Origin: Somniosus microcephalus
Lineage: Eukaryota
Length of the DNA: 64,000 nucleotides
Direction: 5' to 3'
Assembly: GCA_052327205.1 (NCBI GenBank)
Contig: CM126222.1
Coordinates: 56,358,001 to 56,422,000, forward strand
Part shown: piece after piece, positions 1-11,000 of the stretch
Layout of the letters: each line of letters begins with the position of its first letter
How positions within the stretch are numbered: position 1 is the stretch's first letter
Translations under genes and position numbers: made by a program
Notes under the pieces: model-generated
The model's database searches: none
The model's input: only the letters and a program-made list of their open reading frames with translations
What the model was told of the DNA's origin: nothing

Positions 1-154
1 GAGTTCTAACGGTTCCGTTGGCATCAAAGTCTTCTATTTCAAAAATTATCACTTGGTTTTGTGGAGATACAGGGATAGGATTATTTCCCCTAATAAAGCA
101 ATTGTTTGAATTTCCTAATAAAAAGACTTGGCCAATTCCGACAGGGTTTGCCAT
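1..154 (-). CDS. Putative gag-like ORF N-terminus (partial): MANPVGIGQVFLLGNSNNCFIRGNNPIPVSPQNQVIIFEIEDFDANGTVRT...
   Basis: GAAATGG Kozak-like start about 245 nt after the PBS; 51 open codons to the window edge; no recognised motif. Confidence 0.4.
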   Translation of the reverse strand, partial: MANPVGIGQVFLLGNSNNCFIRGNNPIPVSPQNQVIIFEIEDFDANGTVRT

Positions 155-398
155 TTCGTCAGGACCTAACCTCAGTTAGGGTTTAATATGAACTTTATAA
201 GAAATTGCTAGACTTCAATGGTATATTGAGGGAGTTCTGATTTAAGTTCTACAAGGCCTGATCAGGGACATGTCGTCTCTAGAGACTTAAATCTGGGTCT
301 TAGTACCACTGTCAGTAAAACACTCTTTCTATACTTAATCTACAAGATGGATATAGATATAAATGTAAGTATAGGTTCTGTATCAACTCATTAACACA

Positions 399-412
399 CA
401 CGTTGGGCGCCA
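399..412 (-). promoter_or_regulatory. Primer-binding site complementary to tRNA-Lys(CUU)/Lys1,2
   Basis: TGGCGCCCAACGTG equals the first 14 nt of the canonical TGGCGCCCAACGTGGGGC, 2 nt after a CA dinucleotide. Confidence 0.8.
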
Positions 413-951
413 ACTGAAGGGATAATTACTAGTCCTAGCCCCTTTCGGGCTACCCCAGATCAGGCGTATTCCCCAGATGTTCACATTCAACTAAAGTTAG
501 AGGTAGCCAAATCCTAAAGACGCTTAATTGGGTCTAAAGGTCCAGACTATCTCTTCCTAAAGGAAAAGAATGACCTGAAGATGTTACCGTACTCCAGATA
601 GCACTTTTAATAAGTTTAACTAGACTGTAACCTTCCGGGTATTATGAGGGTCCGGAAAACGCCCCCAGAATTCTGTAACCCCTCACCAAAGAGTGTACAG
701 AGATTGAGTTGGGTCTGGCCGTACTAACATACAGGCAACTGATATCTCAATCATTTCGAGCCGACATAGAAGATGAGAGAGAGAATGGGACCAGCATGGT
801 TCCCTAGGGATTCCTGCATAAAAGATAAAATTCCATTTATTGTGACCCAATGTTTGCAATCTCTGAGGAGATTATGTATCCAGTTCAGCAGCTCATCAAA
901 TGCCCCAAAAAAGGCCAGGTTCTTAAAGGGACCGCCTGTTAGGCTGCAACA

Positions 952-1348
952 GATAAAGTAAGTTTTTTAAATATACTTACCTGAACGTGTGCTCCTCACA
1001 ACCCCACATTTAAAGAGCGCAGGCTCTGCTGGATACCAATCGCCATCAGTCCCTCCCAATTACAGCCACTTTTTCTCAATCGCCACCGCTCCTCCCCCCA
1101 GCCACTGCTACCTTCCCACCTAATTGCCCCTTTTCCCAGTCGCCCCTCCTTATTTACCTGGGGTCGCAACGACACCAGCCACGGCCCAATCTTCGATCGT
1201 GCTTCGCTGGCGTCTATTGATCTCTGCAGCTCACCGGCTCAATGGAAATGAGGCCCGAGGCCCAATATCAGGCCCCCTTGGGCCTCAGCATTCAGGCACA
1301 GGGATTGATCGGCATGCCCATGGAGGGGTGTGCCTGAATTTCTAGGCC
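952..1348. mobile_element. Right portion of a Harbinger-type MITE
   Basis: Ends in CTGAATTTCTAGGCC (1334-1348), identical to TIRs at 35463 and 47398-47412. Confidence 0.55.
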
Positions 1349-1795
1349 AGACTTTTGGGAGGATGATATCTTCAAGTAAAAACTTTAACAAAAGCATTAA
1401 AAGACACAAAAGACAATGGACAAATGCAATCATGTTAATGTAACATATGTAATTTTTAAATCTTTTTTTGTTTAACTCCTTATTTTAGGTATTAGAAATT
1501 TCAATTACTGAGAAAAAATTGCAGCTGAACAAAAATTCAGAAAGCATTTTGAGAAATTTGTGGGAACCCAGTGGCCAGATTGTACAATGTACTCTATAAA
1601 ATAGCAACTGTTGTGTGTCACACACCATTAATATTGAAAATACCTATCACACCACAGGAGTAACAGATTACTATAATGAGTTTTCAATGAAACACGTGCT
1701 CCACATACCTAATTTAATATATAATTGATGCATAAGTGTTTGTTTGTATGTATCTATATAATCTTTAACTATTCCTTTTCTAGCCTTGATCCATC

Positions 1796-2006
1796 ATGGA
1801 TGCAGTTGCCTCAAGTGACAAGGAAATAAAGGATCTGGATGAGGAATCAATATGGGACCTGATCGAAAGCCAGCGCCACATAATCACCAACAAGGTCCGG
1901 CCCTGCCACATCACACCCTTTCTGCGTCAGTGCCATGTGATTGGGGAGACAGACGAGGAAGAAATTCTTTTTGCCCCTCACCTCAAACACCGATGTATGA
2001 GAACTG
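1796..2006 (+). CDS. CARD14: CARD14 coding exon 1 (CARD N-half), 211 nt
   Basis: Acceptor ttttctag ending 1783, ATG at 1796, [24 protein letters not shown] motif, donor gtaagt at 2007. Confidence 0.95.
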
Positions 2007-5000
2007 GTAAGTGTGCCTTTACGAACTTTGTGCTGCTGTTCTTTTTTTAAAGATATGTTAGTTGTGTTGCTTGGAAACGGAACACTTTCCATTTCGCCAA
2101 GCACTTCTAGGTCAGATTGCAGCAGAGTTAGATACATTAGTGAGACACTTTTCACGTCAGCCATCCTTCAGCTTCTCTGAGTAAAACTGGCAATTTGGTG
2201 CCAAATTACAACCAGTTATGTGCTGTTTTGAGACCGCCAAAAGCTCATTCCACATAGGAGTCTTGCAGCTAATACACAGTCTGGGCTGGATTTGAACGTA
2301 AATCCTAGACGTGGAAGGCCAGTGTCTAACCCATTGCACCATCTGGTTCCTTTGTTGTTAGGTTGTAGAAGACATTTTTTTTTGTTGCCTTCTCCTGTTC
2401 CAGCAGTTCGTTCTGATTCTGATGAGATAACTGAGGCCTGCTTGTACTCTGTGGCTTCACTGCATGTTCTGCAGAATTTTGGTTGTCAATGGCCTTTTCT
2501 CATTCCAGGTTCTATGTTCTAACTTCACACAATGCTCCAGCAGGCTTCACTGGATAGCAGTCAGGAATGGAACAGCCATTTTCCCCTCCCTAAACCGGGA
2601 GCGTTGAGAACAATTATAGTGGCCGTACCATTGGCCTGTGTGAGATCAGCTAACACAGCTAACTGACAGGATAAAAACTCATTGAACTATGGGGGAAGCG
2701 GCCAACCCATTTGTAATTATATTATGCAAATGATTTGATTTTTCGCTTTATTATTTTTATTATTAGTGAATATTGGTCCTTAAAATAGTCACTAGTTAGA
2801 AAATTAATTAATTGGCACAGACGGTCAAGATCATTAATATGTTATTTTTATCTCCAGGGTATATGCTCGATCTCTTAAGAACTCGTGGAAAGAAAGGAGG
2901 TGTCGCCTTTCTAGAGTCTTTAGGGTTTTATAATCCTGAAATTTATACATTAATAACTGGGAAGGAACCTACCAGGGATTGTAGCAGCATACTCGGTAAG
3001 ATTTATTTTTGTAAGCAAATTCCTCTTTTTCAAGTTATTTATTGCCTGCCCCCACCACCAAACCAGGCCATGCACTACCTGTGAGAGGGAGTGAGGACCT
3101 TCCCTCAGATTTCCACTGACATTTTTCTGAACCAACCTCTATGTGGTACATAAGAATATCTCTGTCTCTTGCTCTCTCTCTCTCTCTCTCTCTTTATTTC
3201 TCTCATTCTCTTATCTGACTTGTGGAAGCACCATGTTTCTGTATGGTGTTTCCGCACAGTGAATTGGCTGAGATTGGAACTCTGCTGACTACATGAATCA
3301 TAGAATGGTTACAGCACGGAAGAAGGCCATTTGGCCCATCGAGCCCGTGCTGACTCTTAGCTAGTCCCACACCCCCACCCTTTTCCCGTAGCCCTGCATT
3401 TTTTTTCCTTCAGATACTTATCCAACTCCCTTTTGAAAGACAAGATTGAGTCTGCCTCCCCCACCCTTTCAGGCAGTGCATTCCAGATCATAACCACTCG
3501 CTGCGTAAAAAAGGTTTTTCTTATGTCGCCTTTGGTTCTTTTGCCAATCACCTTAAATCTGTGTCCTCTGGTTCTCGACCCTTCTGCCAATGGGAACAGT
3601 TTCTCGCTATCTACTCTGTCCAGACCCCTCATGATTTTGAACACCTCCATCAAACCTCCTCTCAATCTTCTCTGCTCCAAGGAGAACAACCCCAGCTTCT
3701 GCAGTCTATCAACATAACTGAAGTCCCTCATTCCTGGAATCATTCTCGTAAATCTTTTCTGCACCTTCTCTAAGACCTTCACATCCTTCCTAAGGGTAGT
3801 GCCCAGAATTGGACACAGTACTCCATTTGGGGCCGAACTAATGTTTTATACAGGTTCATCATAATTTCCACACTTTTGTACTCTATGCCTCTATTTATGA
3901 AGCCCAGGATCCCATAAGCCTTTTTAACTGCTTTCTCAACCTGCCCTGCCACCTTCAACGATTTGTGCACACATACCCACAGGTCTCTCCATTCGTGCAC
4001 CCCCTTTAGTTTATATGTCCTCTCCTTATTCTTTCTGCCAAAATGTATCACTTCACACTTTTCTGCATTAAATTTCATCTGCCACGTGTCCGCCCATTTC
4101 ACCAGCCTGTCTATGTCTTCCTAAAGTCTATCACTCTCCTCCTCATTGTTCAGTATACTTCCAAGTTTTGTGTCATCTGCAAATTTTGAAATTGTGCCCT
4201 GTACACCCACATCCAAGTCATTAATATATATCAAGAAAAGCAATGGTCCTAGAACCGACCCCTGGGGAACACCACTGTATACCTTCCACCAGTCCGAAAA
4301 ACAACCATTCACCACTACTCTCCTGTCACTTAGCCAATTCCGTATCCATGCTGCCACTGTCCCTTTTATTCCATGGGCTTCAACTTTGCTGGCAAGCCTA
4401 TTATGTGGCACTTTGTCAAATGCCTTTTGGAAATCCATGTACATTACGTCAACCGCATTACCCTCATCAACCCTCTCTGTTACTTCATCAAAAAACTTGG
4501 ATCAAGTTGATTAAACATGATTTGCTTTTAACAAATCCGTGCTGACTTTCCTTAGTTAATCCACACCTATCCAAGTGACTGTTAATTTTGTCGATTACTG
4601 TTTCTAAAAACTTCCCCACTACTGAGGTTAAACTGACTGGCCTGTAGTTGCTGGGTTTATCTTTACACCCTTTTTTGAACAATGGTTTAACTTTTGCAAT
4701 TCTCCAGTCCTCTGGCACCACCCCCGTATCTATGGAGGATTGGAATATTATGGCCAGTACCTCCACCCACGTACCATCATCTGGTGCTCCAACATCCTTC
4801 ACTCAGTAAGGTCCTAAATTTTCTAGATTACTGTTAGTTTTCAATCTAAAAGCTTCATTATTTGCTTTATTTATAAAATACAAACACATAATCACACAAT
4901 GTTATGAAAAAACAAATGCTTTAACAACAGTAATGAAATAGGCCTGAGTTGGGAGTTATTTCCTGTTGTCATATGAAAATATGGCATTACTAAATTCTAT

Positions 5001-8000
5001 TCAAGTAAGCAAGTGATTTGGGGGGAAAGTTGTAACATTCAGTGTAGCTGGATACAATCCATCACGCTCACCTTATCCATTTTTAATGAAAAACTTTCAA
5101 AACATGCTTCAGCTGTGAAATTTTAGGGGCAGTGTCAGGTTTTACTTGCCAGCAATTGAGCTGAACTCCTTTTGCTGACTAATAAACAACTGGTTATGTT
5201 CTGCCCTGTAGGTAATGCCATTACAGTACCTGCTCTGATGGTACTCTCTCTTTCTCTCTCTCTCTCTTAGGCAGTCCCTCGGAACCGAGGATGACTTGCT
5301 TCCACACTAAAAATGAGTTCTCAGGTGACTGATGAGTCCAATGCGGGACCTACAGTCTCTGTCACTGTTGGGGTTGTCCGTGAGGGTCCTGACGTTCCAG
5401 GTCCCGAACTTCACTTTAAAGGGTGGAAGATGCCTGTGCGTGAATTCTTTTAACGTGGGGTGGCCGTTGCACACCAGCTACCACATGGGCTTGACAGAGC
5501 AAGGTCTTGGTCCAATGGCAAGGGGATCCAAGACGATTGGAGACCAGGCTCTGCTACATTGGCCTAGCACACGCACACACATACTCCTACTGTCCTCCTC
5601 CTTCCTTCCCGCAGGTCCTCTCTGCCTGGGTTTCATAGGCTATAACCCTGTAGTAACAAACCTAGGATCAAATTGCCTGCTCACTGCCTTGGCTAAGGAA
5701 TGAACATGGTCTAAAAAGGGTCCAAAGATTAAGAAAGCCAAAATTACTCCTCTTCCAAGGTACTGGCAGGGCTTCGTACACAAGCTCATACTGCCACCTG
5801 CAGATGCCTTGTGTTACTCCAGCATTTTAGAAAACATGCCTGCTCGTGGAAATCTTTCACTAGATTTGAATCTGTTCTCACAATAAATGCCGGTCCGTTA
5901 TGCACTATTTACAAATGTCTTCCCTGCTGGTTGGCAAAACTCTTGCAGCCTGAAGATGAGGGTACATTACTGATGGGCCAGATTAGTAAGCAGTTTATAA
6001 ATAACAACAGAAAATGCTGGAAACACTCAGCAGGTCAGGCAGCATCGAGCAGAGAGAAACAGAGTCAACATTTTGAGTTGGGGACCCTTCGTCAGAACTT
6101 GAACGTTAACTCTGTTTCTCTCTCCTCAGTGCTGCCTGGCCTGCTGAGTGTTTCCAGCATTTTCTGTTGTTATTTCAGATTTCCAGCATCTGCAGTATTT
6201 TGCTATTGTAAGCTGTTTCTAAAACTGCACCAACAACCTCTCTGCAGCCTTCTGCCTTGTACTTCTTTATAACAGTTGTCCCTTTTTAGAAAATGAAAAG
6301 ACTCAGTTTGGAATATTTAATGGTCACATTTGTTTTGAACATTTTCTCCCCTTTGCCCTGCTTCCTCTCCTGAAGGCATTAACTCTTGCTGAGGTACAGT
6401 TCCAAGTGGCCATTCTTCATGTGTCAGCCTGGACAGTGAGAGGCGGCAGGCTATTTGACTGGGTAGGGCCATATTACTGGGCCAAATTCTGCTCTCAGCC
6501 AGCATACACACACATCCACTTCTTAGCAGAAGCCACTGAATAGCAATCAGGAGTGGGAACTCCCAGCAGATTCTCCCTCCAATGAGACCAATTATAGCAT
6601 TCTTACTGCTGCCCTGGCTAAACTCCGCTAACTGGGAATCACATATAGACTAGGGGGAGTACGATAATACCAGCTTCTTAAGCTTAATTGCTTGGGGATG
6701 GAAGAAAATTGCCAGGAAAATGGAAGGAAAAAAACCCTAATTTTCGTACACATGGGATCTTTAAGCATCTGTTCTAGCGATCATACTTTAACAAGAATAA
6801 CTCTAATTTTGGTAATCTCTAGGTAATCTCTGTCACTTGTATTTACAAGTTTAAAACAAACACCAGTATATCCTTCCTCTCCTTTCTACACACTGCATGA
6901 ACAAACTCCCCTCAGTACTGCTTGGTTCCTTGTAACTAATTGTTCTGTCACAAAAGCTGATTTATAATCAGCTTTTCACAAGTGTGCTTATATTTACAAC
7001 CCATCTTGACGCAGTTGCAAAGCTTTATCTAGGTTACCTATAAGCACCTAAAGGCAACTTGTCCCTGCAGGGCAAGATTAAAATTATATTATGTTGGCTC
7101 ACCTGTGTAATAGTGATTATTTCCTATCAATACAGCTGTTTTCCTTGGATATATATAGGCTGGGGATTAAATACAGTTTTGTAGGTATTACAAGAAGGCT
7201 TTAATTTTTACAGTCAGTCCTCAGCCATCATGTGTACATTTTTTATAAGTACAACATTAACAAGTGCTGTAAGCAACACAAAATGAGGCAATACTGCAGT
7301 TGTCATAGCAAGTTGTAGACATCACAGCTAACGGTGAAGAGAAAATGTAAGCTGATTAAGAGAGCCTGATTCTTAGATGATAATCTTCATATTTCCAACT
7401 GCATTTGAGAAATCTATAAGTGTCGTCATCATTTGATTTGAGGTCTGCAAAGATCTTATTTCTTTGTCTTCAGTAGGGCCTGAGAACCAGTTCTTTTAAC
7501 CCATCCATATAGACTATTGGTCATATAGACATTCTGGTCATAGGGCTGCCAGTAGTTTTACAGTATATTGGTGAGAGGTACACAGCACAGTCATACACTA
7601 GTGTAAGGAGTTCTGACAGTAGACATTAAAGAAACAGCAATCAAAGTGACTCAGTTTACTTTCTTTTGTTGTAGTTGAAAAAGGAAATTTGGGTTTGATT
7701 CAGTTTCTAATGAATGAAGTGATGAAGTCTCAGAAATGGTTAGGAGAAGAGAAATGTCACAAACATCGGCTGCATGAGAAAGTTCGAAGCTTGGAAGAGC
7801 AAAACCAACAATTCAAGACTGAGCTCAAGAGTTTGAAGGCAGCTGAGGTTAACTTAAGCAGGATTAAAGTGGACTGGAACCGTCACCATGATGAAATGAT
7901 TCGTCTGAAGGAGGAAAATTATCAGATCTTAATGCGGTATACAAACACTCTGCAGGAGAAAGAAATGTCTGTGACACGGAGCAGAGAGTTACAACAACAG

Positions 8001-11000
8001 GTATTGCTTTATGGTTCAGTCATCCATTTCTATAACATATAATCCATCTTCAGCTCTGGTCTAAAGGGCAATGTTCAGACTGTGATTCCAAAGCTTTGAC
8101 CTCTGACAGTGAGTGGTGGGTGGGGGTGGGGAGGGAAATAGTTGCCAGTTTGTTTTCTTAATACAGTAGGCCAGTCATGCATAGCATAGGAAGCCAGAGA
8201 TTAAAGCTATCCTGCCAGACATTTTGAAACACTAGCCTGGCCTGGTTTGTTTCAGTAATGAACCACATTACTAGCCTTGAGCGGAGCAGTTTCAGTTGCA
8301 TACTGCAGTGTGTGGGCAAAGAATTCCACTTTAGGGCGATGATTTCAGGAATAATCGCAAGTCAGCATGTGAATGCAGAAAACATGGAGAGAAAGGAGAG
8401 GTAGAGAGTTAAGGCAAGAGCAATAATTTAAATAATGGAAGAAAAGAGTTGCAATTTGTTGGTATTCTACTACGATAGGAAATAGATTTACACCCATGAT
8501 TCCACATGTTGGAAGTTTTCGCTATTGGCTGCACTGTCACAAGGAGCTGCCAAGCAGAGACTCGCTGCTTTCTTGCAGGGAGTGAGGGAAATCAATGCCA
8601 TGCACTTTGCTTTTTTCATTTTTTGGAAACTCTGTGACAGTGTTTTCTTACATCAAAGGATCAGGGCACTACCAGTCATCACATTAAGCAACAGGAAAGC
8701 TCAGTGATGTGGGAATCTTTTTGCCAACATGCAACCAGAAAATAATCTAACCTCTGTTATATCTATTTATTAGCATTGGACATCATTAGGAGTATGTGAG
8801 TGCAGTCTGTACTGTTTATAATTATAGGCCAGTACAAATAAATAGCCAAGGTACAAAACTGGGCAGCACAATTCACTACAAGCAATTATAGCAGACACAG
8901 CAATGGACTAAAATTCAGTAGAAGCTTCGTTCGATCCTGATCCACTACAGAAAATAATTTAAATAAGAAGTCGTCTTTAGTCTTTTCATAATTCATATCA
9001 GAAATAAATAGCTATTGTGTTTCACTAATGTTTAAAATGAGCAACCAGAGTCAATCAAAGGCATAGACATAGAGGCGTGAAGTCTGTGTTAGAATAGATG
9101 CGCTCAAGTAAAGCAATTTTTCTCTCTAATCTCTAGGTGGAATATATTATTATAGGATGTTGTTGAAGCAATTGCTTTTGAAGAAATTTCATTTGACTTG
9201 AAAGATTGTACAGCTGTCATTAAACTACATATAACTGCTATCTGTCTAGATTGTGTGTGTCACGCTGAAAAGCTTTGTGCAATTATGCAATTGTAGAAAT
9301 AATTAGATATGAACAAGGAGACATGCAGCATAAAGGCAGTGTGGACATATTGCCCTCCCCTTCCCCCAGATTTAATAAACTTTACTAAAGGCTGTAGGTC
9401 ACGAATTAGCCTCATCCCTCAATGTCACATTTCTGTCGTATGAGCAGGGTTGATGGCACTAAAATCAATTGATTCAAATAAGGTGAAATATTACAATTGT
9501 GGACAAATGGGCAGTAAAAACTCCTTAATTTATGCTTGCATATTTCTCAATGACAAAGCTCTAAGGCCAGATGTTAGTATTCTTGATCATTTGTAATATT
9601 GATATTTCCTTGCATGCAGTTTAGAAGCTAGCAGCATTTGTCTACACTCTGTCATCACAAATGGTCAATGCTTTGTCCTTGTTGTCTGCCCTTACTGTCA
9701 TTTTCTAATATTTAATTGAGAAATATTAAGCTTTAATTTTAACAATTAAATTTGGAGGCTGTTCTCTATGTAAAAGTGATTTTAATAAATGTACATTGTC
9801 AGGGCCAGGTTGGCTGCATCTCTAACCCACTGACTTATTGGACAGTAGGCCTTAAGTCCTGCCTGCAGTAACCTGAGCCCAAAACAGTTCCCACATTCAC
9901 AGTACAGAGCCAATCTGTAACAGAAAATAGACTGTGGGTCACCAGTGAACAAGAATCTAAATGCAAACTGAAGAGAATTTCTATTAATCACCATCTAGTG
10001 GTTAATTAAAATTGCAGGTTCTCTCACAGTAAACAGTATACTATAGTTATACCAACTGTCTATCACTGAGACAAGCATTTCACCTTATTCTTATTTTCAG
10101 GATTTAATCATAAACTTAATTTGCGTTTGACAACAATTCACTCTTAATGGCAAATGATACCGAAAGCTCGATTGGTGGTGCACGTTTTAGAAATTGATGA
10201 TTTATCACTCATCTTTCTTGCACTTTAAAAGAAATTGCATATTGAAACATACTTCTAGATATGAAAATCCCCCTTTTATATACGCTACAATCTCAGTTAT
10301 GTTCTTGTTTAGAATTTGTTGTAAAATTCTTTATAATCTGAGATTAAATGAAAAAGGTTTTAAGATTAACATACAGAAACATTTGGTAGATCAGACTCTA
10401 CTAATGGAACTCTATCTTCAGTGCTCTGCTGAAACAGTCTGCTTTGAACCACCTGTCTAATTGATATATTGCCAGATGCTCATTGTTAAGGCAATGTGTC
10501 TAAATGACATACTCAAACTGATAAGAAACTGAGTCTTACTGAATTAAAGAGACTCTTTAAGTGTTCATACCATATCATTAGACGTCTCTCATGCAGTATT
10601 TAGGTGGAAAGGAAGAACTAAAACCTAATCAAAAATGAAAGGTGAGCTACCCTTGAGTCCTAAAAATTCTATATTTTTAAGTCTTGGTGATCTTGTTGAT
10701 GGACTAAAAATGGTGATCCTGTCTGACTTACTTTAAAGATGGACAATCTTACAATGGAGAATAAGAAGCTAAAAGTGGAATTTGATGTTGAGCGAAGAAT
10801 GTCCTCTAAGCTGCGAGATGAATTCAAGCCTAAACAAGATGAACTTTTTTATTTAAAAGAAGAAATTGATAAACTGAGATTCAGGATTCAAGAATTGCAA
10901 ATGAACCCAGTAAGTATAGTGCATTGTGTATATGTATCTATCTACATTACCTTTCTCTCAAGCTCTCCCTCTCAATTTGAACTTTTCTAACTTTCAAGTT

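Larger units (their letters stand above)
1..951 (-). mobile_element. 5' end of an LTR retroelement/ERV: putative LTR (951->415), PBS, leader and first ORF, truncated by window edge
   Basis: Minus strand reads ...CCCTTCA-gt-TGGCGCCCAACGTG (PBS 412->399). Candidate LTR start TGTTGCAG at 951 is uncertain. ATG at 154 opens a frame that runs off the window. Confidence 0.65.

Noticed and set aside
801-810. TCCCTAGGGA, identical to the recalled foamy-virus dimerisation palindrome
   Set aside because: It is upstream of the PBS rather than downstream as in foamy virus; a single 10-mer is not sufficient evidence.
971-990. Minus-strand CAG|GTAAGTA as a foamy-type major splice donor in the LTR R region
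   Set aside because: It lies outside the best TG boundary (951), and similar GTAAGT/ACTTAC motifs occur inside the Harbinger MITEs here, so it more likely belongs to the host MITE.
1480-1783. Additional 5'-UTR exon or promoter immediately upstream of the start exon
   Set aside because: An acceptor-like tttttag occurs near 1489, but no convincing paired donor or promoter can be supported without transcript data.
3433-4545. Plus-strand ORFs overlapping CR1 (and similar antisense ORFs over the other LINE and Gypsy elements)
   Set aside because: Shadow frames antisense to retroelement coding sequence, with no independent motifs.
5329-5354. Hammerhead-like CTGATGAGTCC...GGAC on + strand
   Set aside because: Followed by CTAC instead of the essential GAAA, and explained as antisense of RTE codons RIGLISH.
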